Assembly: GCA_964500245.1 (NCBI GenBank)
Contig: CAZCNZ010000115.1
Span: forward strand, 1-36,911
From: an uncultured Thermoplasmatales archaeon
GTDB taxonomy: Archaea; Thermoplasmatota; Thermoplasmata; Lutacidiplasmatales; UBA184
Length of the DNA: 36,911 nucleotides
Direction: 5' to 3'
The notes under the pieces were generated by a model that saw only the letters and a list, made by a program, of their open reading frames with translations, was not told the DNA's origin and made no database searches. Shown piece after piece: positions 16,928-25,298 of the stretch (its first letter is position 1; every line of letters begins with the position of its first letter). The position numbers were made by a program, and so were the translations under genes.

Positions 16928-17159
16928 GGACGATGGCCGGGAGTGCCATTCTCAACCCGGCAATAAAGAGTGCTTACGAGGATGCGGTTGCCGCTCTGCG
17001 CGAGGATTTGTGGAACCTAAACGGTCGGGCTCCGTCTCCGCGGTGAGTGGTTTCACGGTATTCCCGAGCCGACAAGCGTACAGGTCGTCTGAGGGAACCC
17101 AGCTTGCATCGCGTTCAGCATACGATAAGAGCCGTGAGCGGTCCTGAAGTGGGGGGATC

Positions 17160-18005
17160 TTGACGGCCCGGAGCGAATGGGATGCGCTCGCCAAATGGCG
17201 TGACTTCCGGATGGGAGAGCGCGGGGATCTTTGGCACCGCGCTCTGATCGATCCCGCTCTCCTGCGGATCCTCGGGTCCGTGCGGGGCCTCCGCGTGCTG
17301 GACGTGGGTTGCGGAAATGGCTACCTCACTCGGCGGCTGAAGCGACTCGGCGCGACGCAATCCGTCGGGGTGGACGCCGCGAATGCGTCGATTCAGCTCG
17401 CCCGACGTCGGGAGGCGGCTCATCCTACGGGGGCCGAGTTCCTCCGGGCAGATGCGGCCCGGCTGACCCAGTTCGAGGACGGCTCGTTCGACCGTGTCGT
17501 GGCGAACATGTCCCTGATGGACATCCGGGATGCGGCCGCGACGATCCGCGAGGTCGGCCGTCTCCTCGACCCCCGGGGACGTTTCGTGTGTTCGATCAGT
17601 CACCCCTGTTTCGACCTCGATGAACAATCGGCATGGGTCGTGGAGCGACGACCGTACCGTGAGACCATCGCTCGCAAGATCGAAGGATACCGACGCGAAC
17701 GTTCCGTCCGTGTCCCCTGGAAGGTCTCGGACACCGAGATGGCGTACACCACCTCGTTCCATCGGACCCTTGCCACTTACTCGCGGTACCTGAACGAAGC
17801 CGGCCTCGTCATCCTGCGCCTGGACGAACCTGCGCCCAAGCCCGAGCTGATACGCAAGAGTCCGCAGGGGCGATTCATCGCCGAAATTCCGCTCCACCTC
17901 GTGATTGAAGCCGCCCACAAGGGCACCTTCCTTGGTCCGCGCACACGCGCGGCTAGGGCGAAGCCCAAGGTCCCACGGCAGTCGAGGAAATCGACCAGGC
18001 CTTGA
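17160..18005 (+). CDS. Class I SAM-dependent methyltransferase
   Basis: Motif I is RVLDVGCGNGYLTRRL, and the post-I/II segments are FDRVVANMSLMDI and GGRFVCSISHP. It has a TTG start and a basic C-terminal tail. Confidence 0.8.
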   Translation: MTARSEWDALAKWRDFRMGERGDLWHRALIDPALLRILGSVRGLRVLDVGCGNGYLTRRLKRLGATQSVGVDAANASIQLARRREAAHPTGAEFLRADAARLTQFEDGSFDRVVANMSLMDIRDAAATIREVGRLLDPRGRFVCSISHPCFDLDEQSAWVVERRPYRETIARKIEGYRRERSVRVPWKVSDTEMAYTTSFHRTLATYSRYLNEAGLVILRLDEPAPKPELIRKSPQGRFIAEIPLHLVIEAAHKGTFLGPRTRAARAKPKVPRQSRKSTRP

Positions 18006-18130
18006 CGGAGACGCCCGGCGACGGTTTCATCGGCGAAGGGTTGGTTTCTCGTTGAAATCTCCAAAACCGACGCTGCCGGGAACGACTTCCAGGAGAAGGT
18101 TGCCAGCAAAGCTTCGGAGCCACAGATAGC

Positions 18131-18138
18131 TTGATAAT
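18131..18138 (+). promoter_or_regulatory. TATA-like box TTGATAAT
   Basis: It lies 24 nt upstream of the ATG at 18162 (MTLHRRW), within the only A/T-rich stretch of this intergenic region. Confidence 0.45.
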
Positions 18139-18140
18139 CC

Positions 18141-19088
18141 GTGATACGCATAGATACGTCAATGACTCTTCACCGACGCTGGCGCCTCGACTCGCGTCGG
18201 GGTATTAGCGAGATCATCGCGGTGATCTTCATTCTCGCGCTCACGATCGTGGCGGGCGCGATCCTGTGGACGTTCCGGGTCTACACTCCCCCCGACCCGC
18301 CGAGCCTGAGCATCCTCATCCGGTCCGGGGGTTCTAATCCCGTCTGGGGCGACCCGACCGATTGCCAGCCGCAGGGCTACAACACCACCATGTACCCGAT
18401 GTGGGGGAATGCGCTCAACACGTGGGAGTCCAAGTGGAACGATCAGTGCGAGAACAGCGTCACGGGAAACTTCTCGACGCTGAACTCGACCCAGTTCATC
18501 ATCTCCGCGCACTCGCCATCCTCTATCTCGCTGAGCCAGATCGAGTTCACGTTCGTTTGCAACAACGCGAGTTCCTCCGGAGGTCGGACCATCCTCGTCA
18601 ACGGGACGCTCGCCTCGATGGTTTGGTTCCCGGGCTATTCCTCTCAGCCGGCGGCGGGCGCTCCCTATCTCGGCTACTGCGGGAACTTCAATGCCGCGAG
18701 CCTGACCGCGGCGAACGGGATCTACTACAACCGTCTGGGGCTGTTCGTGCCGATCCGTCAGGGCGTGAACACCCTCGAGGACGGGGACACCTTCATCCTG
18801 TACATCCACAACGGAGGGTACCCTCTCGACTTCGAATGCCCGGTGAACACCTGGGCGCACGACCTCTACTACTTCAACGGCGAGAACAGGACCAACGGCT
18901 GTCTGCACGTCTACTCGAACGGGACGGCGATGCCGATCCCGCAGCTCGACTACGACGACTACCACGGGGCTCCCCCCTGGTGCTTCCAAAGCGTGAACGC
19001 CTGCACGATCTACCTGACCTACACGGGCAACCCCCAGACGACGCTCGCCGCGATCTCGGTCTACACCCTCGCGCCCCCCAAGGCGTAG
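18141..19088 (+). CDS. Archaeal type IV pilin-like (class III signal peptide) Cys-rich secreted glycoprotein
   Basis: The N-terminus RRGISEIIAVIFILALTIVAGAILW resembles the archaeal pilin/DUF1628-type prepilin signal. The mature part has about 10 Cys and at least 7 N-x-S/T sequons. The likely true start is ATG 18162. Confidence 0.65.
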   Translation: MIRIDTSMTLHRRWRLDSRRGISEIIAVIFILALTIVAGAILWTFRVYTPPDPPSLSILIRSGGSNPVWGDPTDCQPQGYNTTMYPMWGNALNTWESKWNDQCENSVTGNFSTLNSTQFIISAHSPSSISLSQIEFTFVCNNASSSGGRTILVNGTLASMVWFPGYSSQPAAGAPYLGYCGNFNAASLTAANGIYYNRLGLFVPIRQGVNTLEDGDTFILYIHNGGYPLDFECPVNTWAHDLYYFNGENRTNGCLHVYSNGTAMPIPQLDYDDYHGAPPWCFQSVNACTIYLTYTGNPQTTLAAISVYTLAPPKA

Positions 19089-19152
19089 ACCGGGGCCTGG
19101 GCCGATGGAATCATTGACTCGGTGGCTGTGCCCGTTGGACGGTGACTAAGGC

Positions 19153-19647
19153 ATGCCTCGTATGTCCCGGCGCCAGACCCGTCAGTTTCTGACGATCTGT
19201 GTTGCCATCGCCGCGGCGATCGTGGTCGTCTTGCTCGTACTGATCGCCGCGGGCATCCTGGTCCTTCCGGCGAAGTCGCCCACCCCGGTGACCATCACAT
19301 CCGTCACCCTAGAGATCCGTCAGGGCAACACGTCCGGCGGGATGCCTTGGTTCGGGCCGAGTACCGTCGTCTACAACCAGACCAACAGCAACTACCCGCT
19401 CCAGGTCTCGCCCGGGGGAACATGGAAGGTCGTCTGGGTGTTCGACAACTTCGACAATCACTTCCACAACATCACCCAGGTATTGCCCGCGACGCCGTTC
19501 TCGCTGGGAGCGACGCAGCCGAACCTCCCCTACGAGCTCCTGCCGAGCGAAGAGGACTGCGCGCTCGCGATTCTTCCGGTGGCTCCCTCGACGCCCGGGG
19601 CGAGCTACCACGTGACCATCGTGGTGGTCGCGCAGACCATCTCCTGA
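19153..19647 (+). CDS. N-terminally membrane-anchored extracellular beta-rich protein, unknown function
   Basis: A charged N-terminus is followed by the helix FLTICVAIAAAIVVVLLVLIAAGILVL and then a ~115-aa domain with N-x-S/T sequons. Confidence 0.55.
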   Translation: MPRMSRRQTRQFLTICVAIAAAIVVVLLVLIAAGILVLPAKSPTPVTITSVTLEIRQGNTSGGMPWFGPSTVVYNQTNSNYPLQVSPGGTWKVVWVFDNFDNHFHNITQVLPATPFSLGATQPNLPYELLPSEEDCALAILPVAPSTPGASYHVTIVVVAQTIS

Positions 19648-19687
19648 ACGTTCGCCCGACACGACCCTCGGACTGAATTCGTCCAGT

Positions 19688-20140
19688 TCACGGCGACGGC
19701 CCGGCCTTGCCGACCCACCGGTCTCCCGCTTTCAGGTGGGGACCGGGAAGCATTCCTTCGACGACCTCTCGCACCCGTCCCTCGCCGTCTAGAAAGAACG
19801 TGACCCGCTTCGCGACGCCCAGAAAGCCGAGAACTCCGTACTTTTGGGCGATCTCCTTCGTCGGGTCCGCCACCAAGGGGAACTCCGAGCTGCATTTGGC
19901 TCCGAACGCGGCCTGCGTCTCGTCCGAGTCGACGCTTACACCGATCACTTCGAATCCCGACCGCTGGAAGGCGGGGTAGCGCTCGGCGAACCCGCGGGTC
20001 TCGATCGTGCAGCCAGTGGTGTTCGCCTTCGGGAAGAAGTAAAGGATCACGGGACGCCCCCGATACGAAGAGAGGGTCCGGGAGGAACCGTCCGGCGCCC
20101 GGAATGTGAAATCCGGGGCCAGATCCCCTACTCCGAGCAT
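19688..20140 (-). CDS. bcp: Peroxiredoxin, Bcp type
   Basis: From ATG 20140 the sequence reads MLGVGDLAPDF...VILYFFPKANTTGCTIE...GVSVDS. The ORF-track extension to 20629 is junk-like and overlaps the upstream gene. Confidence 0.88.
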   Translation of the reverse strand: MLGVGDLAPDFTFRAPDGSSRTLSSYRGRPVILYFFPKANTTGCTIETRGFAERYPAFQRSGFEVIGVSVDSDETQAAFGAKCSSEFPLVADPTKEIAQKYGVLGFLGVAKRVTFFLDGEGRVREVVEGMLPGPHLKAGDRWVGKAGPSP

Positions 20141-20160
20141 GGGGGGGCCAATCTCGACGT

Positions 20161-21117
20161 CTATTTCACGAGGGCGAGTCGCTCCATCTCCTCGGGGGAG
20201 ATCGACGGCCGGGTGCCGAAACCGAGCACCTCGTCGAACCGCTCGGGCGAGGGCAGGGGCACGACGGTGGTCACGACCCACCGCCAGTGCAGGACGAACT
20301 GGAGCGCCGCCTGGGCTAGGGTCCTTCGGTGGCCCTCGGTCAGGAAACCAAGCCGGAGGACCGGATCGAACTCCTCGTGGAGCTGGCGGAGGTCGACCGG
20401 GGGTGCTCCGGGCCCGGCAAGAGAGGAGCGGGTAGCGAAACGACTCCCGTCGAGCCGACCCGAAGAGAATGGGTCGCGGGCGATGAGGTTCCGCTCTTCC
20501 GTTCCCGTGGCCGACTCGAAAAGGGGGATGAGGGCCGGGTCCAGAAGAGAGAGTCCGCCACTGAACAGCACCTGACCGCTCTCCGCCGAAGGGAGGCTGG
20601 AGACTCCGGGATCGATTCGGACGGACCACAGAATCCCCGACTTCTCTTCTTCGGGAGTGGACACCACTCGGACGCGGGTCGGATCCCCCGTCTCCTTCTC
20701 ACCACCGGGTTTCCAGTCAACCACCGCGATCGGCACCGGGGCGAGACGTCGCCGGCTCTGTTCGAGGGACTCGGCAAGGGCGGCCCCGGGGGCAGACTCG
20801 GCGACCGGCTCCATCTGCGCGGAGCCTTCCCTGACCAGAGACTCGAAGGAACGTCCCACGATTACGGAAACCTCCGGGTCGTCCTCAGGAAACGCCTGGG
20901 CGATCAATCGTTCCGCACGGGCGGGGGACCGCGTAGAGGCGACGTCGAACGTCGTTACTCCAAGCGCTCTCGCCCTCTGGAGCAGGGCGACCGTTCTCGC
21001 GTCGAGGGCCGGCGCGGCGGTCGGGGGCGGGTCGACGGCGATGGTGACACGGGAGAACGTCCGAGCAGAACCGGAAAGCCGCCGCCGTTCAATTGTCGGG
21101 GCGGCAACTTCGGACAT
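20161..21117 (-). CDS. Aldo/keto-reductase-fold protein, divergent
   Basis: The AKR-like order is RRRLSGS..., ALLQRARALGVTTFDVAS, SLEQSRRRLAPVPIAVVDW, and C-terminal TLAQAALQFVL...VVPLPSPERFDEVL. I could not find the usual D-x-x-x-x-Y catalytic Tyr. The start is taken at ATG 21117. Confidence 0.5.
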   Translation of the reverse strand: MSEVAAPTIERRRLSGSARTFSRVTIAVDPPPTAAPALDARTVALLQRARALGVTTFDVASTRSPARAERLIAQAFPEDDPEVSVIVGRSFESLVREGSAQMEPVAESAPGAALAESLEQSRRRLAPVPIAVVDWKPGGEKETGDPTRVRVVSTPEEEKSGILWSVRIDPGVSSLPSAESGQVLFSGGLSLLDPALIPLFESATGTEERNLIARDPFSSGRLDGSRFATRSSLAGPGAPPVDLRQLHEEFDPVLRLGFLTEGHRRTLAQAALQFVLHWRWVVTTVVPLPSPERFDEVLGFGTRPSISPEEMERLALVK

Positions 21118-21192
21118 TGGAAGAGGGACCCTCCGCCGGTCGAGGGGCACCCTCGTACAGAACCGTTCCGCCACGCCGCCCGCCCAGCATGG

Positions 21193-21198
21193 CTTATC
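21193..21198 (+). promoter_or_regulatory. TATA-like element CTTATC upstream of rfcL
   Basis: It lies 23 nt upstream of the ATG at 21221. This is a weak box. Confidence 0.3.
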
Positions 21199-21220
21199 TC
21201 CGGCACTCGCTACCCCGGCA

Positions 21221-22918
21221 ATGCCTTCCCACGCTCGCGTACCGCTTCCTCTCGCGGAGCGGCTCCGACCGACGCGGTTGGACGACATCGTTGGGAACCC
21301 AAGGGCGCGGTACGAGCTTCGGGCATGGGCCACGGCATGGCAGGAGGGCCGAACTCCGGACCGTCGGGCTGCGGTCCTCTCCGGGCCTCCTGGGGTCGGC
21401 AAGACGACCGCTGCCCTGGCGCTCGCCGCGGATCTCGGCTGGACCGTGGTCGAGATGAACGCTTCCGACGCGCGCAACGAGGGGGCCGTCGAGCAGGTTG
21501 CGGGCCGCGCGTCGGTGAGCCACACGCTCGGCGAGACGCCCACGGGGAAGGGCCCGAGACATGCGCTCATCCTGCTCGACGAAGCGGATTGCCTCTCCGG
21601 TCGCCTCACCGAAACTGCGCGGGCGCGGCCGACACCCCCTGTGCTTTCCGATTTCCTCAGAGGCCGATACGGAACGATCGAGGCGTTGAACGCGACCTGG
21701 GGACTCCAACCGAAGTCGAAGCCCCGACCGTTCGACGACTGGGCGGCCGTCCCACGAACCCCCGGGAACGCGGGTTGGGCTCGCCTTCCGGCCGCACGAC
21801 GTGACCTCGAGGAGTGGAGGGCCGCGGGGCGGACGACCGACCTATCGGACCGCGGCGGGCTAGGCGCGATCTCCCGTCTCGTGCGTTCCACGCACCAGCC
21901 CATCGTGCTCACGGTGAACGACGACCGGAACTTGACCCGATACTCCCCGGTTTTTCGGACGGGGGTAGTACGCATCCGCTTCTACCCCGTCCACGACTCC
22001 GAGCTCACGGCGTTCGTCCAGCGGGTGGCGCATTCGGAGCGCATCTCCCTTCATCCGGGGGCGCTCGATTCGATCGTGAAGCGGTCCCACGGGGATGTGC
22101 GGGCCGCGCTGAACGACCTCGACGCGATCGCCCCGCTTGCCCCCGGGCCCTGGCAACTTTCCGTTCTCGGGTTCCGGGACCTCCAGGCCGACTTCGTCGC
22201 GCTGACGGAGGAGGCGCTCTCCAACCCGCGCTACTTCCGCAACGTCGAGGTCCAGGACCGACTCGATGCGACCCCCGACGACCTCCTTCCATGGATCGAG
22301 GAGAATGTGCCGCGCTTCGCCCCGGACGCGAAGCGCCGGGAGGCGGCGTATCGGGTGCTCGCCATCGCCGAACAGTTCCTCGCGCGTGCGCGGCGGGCCC
22401 GGGTGTACGGGCTCTGGAGCTACGCCTCCGAGCTGATGACGGGCGGCGTGTCGCTCGCGCTCCACGACCGACCCGCCGGCGGTGGGGGCGTCGCGTTCCC
22501 TCAGTTCCTCAGCGAGATGGGCCGTTCCCGTAGCTTCCGCGCCACTCGGGAATCGCTCGCCAAGAAAGCAGGCCAGCGGTTGCATCTTTCCGTCGGCAAG
22601 AGCCGGGAGGTCGTGCTACCGTTCCTCGAGGGCCTTTTTGCCGCCTCGTCGGGTCGGGGCGTTCACGCCGAAGTCCGCAAGGTCGTTGCCGAGATCGCCC
22701 GGGAGCTCGAACTCACTCCCGAAGAGGTCGGGTTCCTGCTCGGCGTGGCCCCGGATGCGCGTCCGGTCACTGAACTCCTTGCGAGAGCGGCGACTCCGCC
22801 CGCGGGCTCGGGGCGGACCGATGGAGAAACCCCGGCACAACGTCCGCCGGGCCCCGACGCCGGAAGCGATGCGGCGAAGCGGGTCCAGCGCCAGCTTTCG
22901 GAGTACGGGAGCGGCTGA
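21221..22918 (+). CDS. rfcL: Replication factor C large subunit, with internal insertion
   Basis: Motifs are ERLRPTRLDDIVGN, Walker A LSGPPGVGKTT, EMNASDAR, Walker B LILLDEAD, sensor-1 region PIVLTVND, and GDVRAALNDL. The extreme C-terminus QRQLSEYG is PIP-box-like. The start is taken at ATG 21221 because the upstream ORF part is antisense junk. Confidence 0.88.
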   Translation: MPSHARVPLPLAERLRPTRLDDIVGNPRARYELRAWATAWQEGRTPDRRAAVLSGPPGVGKTTAALALAADLGWTVVEMNASDARNEGAVEQVAGRASVSHTLGETPTGKGPRHALILLDEADCLSGRLTETARARPTPPVLSDFLRGRYGTIEALNATWGLQPKSKPRPFDDWAAVPRTPGNAGWARLPAARRDLEEWRAAGRTTDLSDRGGLGAISRLVRSTHQPIVLTVNDDRNLTRYSPVFRTGVVRIRFYPVHDSELTAFVQRVAHSERISLHPGALDSIVKRSHGDVRAALNDLDAIAPLAPGPWQLSVLGFRDLQADFVALTEEALSNPRYFRNVEVQDRLDATPDDLLPWIEENVPRFAPDAKRREAAYRVLAIAEQFLARARRARVYGLWSYASELMTGGVSLALHDRPAGGGGVAFPQFLSEMGRSRSFRATRESLAKKAGQRLHLSVGKSREVVLPFLEGLFAASSGRGVHAEVRKVVAEIARELELTPEEVGFLLGVAPDARPVTELLARAATPPAGSGRTDGETPAQRPPGPDAGSDAAKRVQRQLSEYGSG

Positions 22919-22946
22919 CCGCTCCCCCGGGCCCGGCAGCGGACCG

Positions 22947-23384
22947 CTACGCGAGTTTCGCGTGGACGCTGATCGTGACGTTGCCCTTGAGCGCCCCCGA
23001 GATCGGGCAGCCCTGTCCTGCGGCTTGAGCGGCCTGCTCGAATTCGGCGGCGGTGATCCCCGGGACCTTCCCGGAGACCTCGATCTCCATCGTGGTCACC
23101 TTCCAGCCATCACCGACCTTGTCGAACGTGGCGGTCGCGGAGACGTTGAGCCGCTCGGGCGGCTTCTGAATCCGACCGAGGCCCGCGGAGAGAGCCATGC
23201 AGAAGCACGAGGCCTGGGCCGCCGCCAGAAGTTCTTCCGGGCTCGTCTTCCCGCCGGAAGCCTCAGTGCGGGCCGCCCAGGAGACAGCGGTCTCGCTGAG
23301 CCCGCCGCTCGTCCCCTTGACGGTGCCATGACCGTGGATCAGATCCCGTTCCCAGACCGCCGTCGCCGTGCGCTTCGCTGCCAT
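22947..23384 (-). CDS. osmC: OsmC-family peroxiredoxin
   Basis: The OsmC pattern is TSPEELLAAAQASCFCMALS...AAQAAGQGCPISGAL, with both conserved Cys. Length is 145 aa. Confidence 0.88.
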   Translation of the reverse strand: MAAKRTATAVWERDLIHGHGTVKGTSGGLSETAVSWAARTEASGGKTSPEELLAAAQASCFCMALSAGLGRIQKPPERLNVSATATFDKVGDGWKVTTMEIEVSGKVPGITAAEFEQAAQAAGQGCPISGALKGNVTISVHAKLA

Positions 23385-23407
23385 CGGGAAAGCGAGCGGA
23401 CCGAGCG

Positions 23408-23413
23408 ATTTAA
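23408..23413 (-). promoter_or_regulatory. TATA-like box (TTAAAT on minus strand) upstream of osmC
   Basis: It lies 24 nt upstream of the ATG at 23384. Confidence 0.45.
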
Positions 23414-23467
23414 CCTCGCGCTATCGCGCGTCTCGGGGTCGAGCAAGGCTTTCCGTTCCGGCGCCTT

Positions 23468-23917
23468 TTGAACGACGTGGCTGTTGCGTTGCGGGACCTG
23501 CCTCGGTTCCTGGTGCTCGAGCCGCTGTCGACGGTCCGCGTCGAGATGCTCCTCGAAGCGCCCGCGTGCGAGATCGACGTGGTTCTCGACAATCCTCGTC
23601 CGGGCCGCTCCTTCATCCTGATGATCGGTCACAAGGGCGGGCCGTACGTTCAGCGCGTCCGACTTGCGGGGAAAGCTCGAATCTACTTCGACCCTCAGTC
23701 GCCGGGAGAATACGTGTTGCTCGTGGCGAATCCCCAGAAGGAACCGATTGTCCTTCGATTGAAGGCACGGGGCGTCGGGCCGACGCACGGCGCCCACGCT
23801 CGAGGTCGCGCCGGAGGACGACCGAAGCGCGTTCCGGCCGGACCGGCGGGCGGGTCTCGCCGTCGGACCCCCTCGAGGAGCCGACGCGCGGATGCGTCGT
23901 CCTTGCACCAGGATTGA
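23468..23917 (+). CDS. Hypothetical protein (about 105-aa beta-rich core plus Arg-rich tail)
   Basis: This is an ORF with a TTG start. The core LPRFLVLEPLSTVRVEMLLEAP...GEYVLLVANPQKEPIVLRLKARG looks protein-like. I recognise no motif. Confidence 0.4.
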   Translation: MNDVAVALRDLPRFLVLEPLSTVRVEMLLEAPACEIDVVLDNPRPGRSFILMIGHKGGPYVQRVRLAGKARIYFDPQSPGEYVLLVANPQKEPIVLRLKARGVGPTHGAHARGRAGGRPKRVPAGPAGGSRRRTPSRSRRADASSLHQD

Positions 23918-23994
23918 CGTGGTGGCCGTCGAGCGGCGCGACGGAGGGGAGAGTTGAAGGTCCGTAGCGTCTGCCCCCCCACCGGGGGACAGAG

Positions 23995-24630
23995 ATGACG
24001 GAATTCCTCGCCTACGCCGCGGTGTTCGTCACGGTGTTCGCCCTCGTGGACCCGTTCGGTGCGCTTCCGTTCTTCGTAGCGATGACCGAGGGGTTCTCGG
24101 ACGCCGACCGCGCGATCGTCCTGCGTCGGGCCGTGATGGTCCTCGGCTCCGTCCTCATCGTGTTCGCCCTCGTCGGGAAGTTCCTCTTCGCCGCCTTCGG
24201 ACTCACGCTCGCGGCGTTCGAGATTGCGGGAGGCATCCTGCTGTTCATCGTCGCGTACGACATGCTGCACGGGGAGGTCACCCGGACGAAGTTGAGCGAC
24301 GCCGACCGGGCGGAGGCGGTCGCCCGGCGCGACGAGATCGCCGTGGTGCCGCTCGGGATCCCGCTGCTCGCCGGACCGGGAGCGATCTCGACCGTGATGA
24401 TCTACGAGGGGAACGCCGGAAACGACCCCTGGATGGTGCTGACAGTGTTCCTCGCGATCATCGCCACGACGGTCGCAACGTTCTTTATCCTGCGCTACGG
24501 GCAGAAGATCATCCGGTATCTCGGTCGGACCGGGATCAACGCGATGACCCGCGTGCTCGGCCTTTTGCTCGCGGCCGTCGGAGTACAGTTCGTCCTCTAC
24601 GGGATCTTCGGGGCGTTCGGCCACCCGTAG
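23995..24630 (+). CDS. marC: MarC/UPF0056 family integral membrane protein
   Basis: The N-terminus FVTVFALVDPFGALPFFVAMTEG is typical of the family. About six hydrophobic helices are present. Length is 211 aa. Confidence 0.85.
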   Translation: MTEFLAYAAVFVTVFALVDPFGALPFFVAMTEGFSDADRAIVLRRAVMVLGSVLIVFALVGKFLFAAFGLTLAAFEIAGGILLFIVAYDMLHGEVTRTKLSDADRAEAVARRDEIAVVPLGIPLLAGPGAISTVMIYEGNAGNDPWMVLTVFLAIIATTVATFFILRYGQKIIRYLGRTGINAMTRVLGLLLAAVGVQFVLYGIFGAFGHP

Positions 24631-25273
24631 TCCGGGACGCAGCCCGCCGCCCGGGGCGGGCACGCGTCCGCGCCGGAGCCGGGATGTTGCGGCGCGCTCG
24701 ACCTACGACGGCCCCCGATGGGCTCTTCGGATTCCGGTCCTCGGCCCACGCCATCTCTCCGGCGCGGATGTCGACGGGAAGGTCATTTTCCGCCGGTGGG
24801 AACGGGCACTCGAAGTCGTCGGTGTACGCGCAGTAAGGATTGAAGGCGCGATTGAAATCGACCTCGTACTCGTCGGATTCGTTCAGTTCGAGCGTGAGGT
24901 ACCGCCCCGCCCCGTAGCTCTCCCCTCCGCTCGTCCGGTCGCGGAACGGCACAAAGACGGAGGTGCCAACGCCCTCTCCGGCATGGTAGAGGCGGAGATG
25001 GAGAGCCTCTCCGTCGAGGGCGAACTGGAGGTCTCCGATGTACCGCATGACGGCCTGGTTGTCGCGGTTGGTCCGAAGATAGGCCTCCTCGGGAGCCGGC
25101 CGTCGCTCCAAGGTCGCCGTCACGACGAACTTGCGGTCCGGCGAGAAGTACCGAAGAGGGTGGAACGGGACCCGCCCCACGATGAACGGCGACTCCGGGT
25201 CCCCGGCCATGAACCCGTCCTTCATGGCCCGCTCGGCCTCGAGCTCTTCCTTCCAACTGGTCTCAGGGGACAT
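24536..25273 (-). CDS. DUF1684 domain protein
   Basis: The signature is GAGRYLTLEL...VDFNRAFNPYCAYTDDFECPFPPAENDLPVDIRAGE. The ~70-aa Arg-rich C-terminal tail overlaps the marC 3' end by 95 nt. Confidence 0.8.
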   Translation of the reverse strand: MSPETSWKEELEAERAMKDGFMAGDPESPFIVGRVPFHPLRYFSPDRKFVVTATLERRPAPEEAYLRTNRDNQAVMRYIGDLQFALDGEALHLRLYHAGEGVGTSVFVPFRDRTSGGESYGAGRYLTLELNESDEYEVDFNRAFNPYCAYTDDFECPFPPAENDLPVDIRAGEMAWAEDRNPKSPSGAVVGRARRNIPAPARTRARPGRRAASRTTGGRTPRRSRRGRTVLRRPRAKGRARGSSR

Positions 25274-25298
25274 CGCGCCCGCCGAAAGGCCCCGGTGC

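Noticed and set aside
16928-17159. 232-nt lower-GC intergenic region examined for a C/D-box sRNA or other ncRNA
   Set aside because: CUGA (D-box-like) tetramers are present, but no RUGAUGA C box or terminal stem sits at suitable spacing. It is more simply two divergent promoter regions.
20329-21804. 491-aa plus-strand ORF, and the 5' extensions of ORFs 20161..21975, 20657..22918 and 19688..20629
   Set aside because: The recognisable domains (AKR-like, RFC-L, Bcp) begin at internal ATGs (21117, 21221, 20140). The extensions are Arg/Ser/Pro-rich and overlap neighbouring real genes.
23695-24663. 322-aa minus-strand ORF
   Set aside because: It is antisense to the MarC membrane protein gene. It is very Arg/Asp/Glu/Pro-rich.
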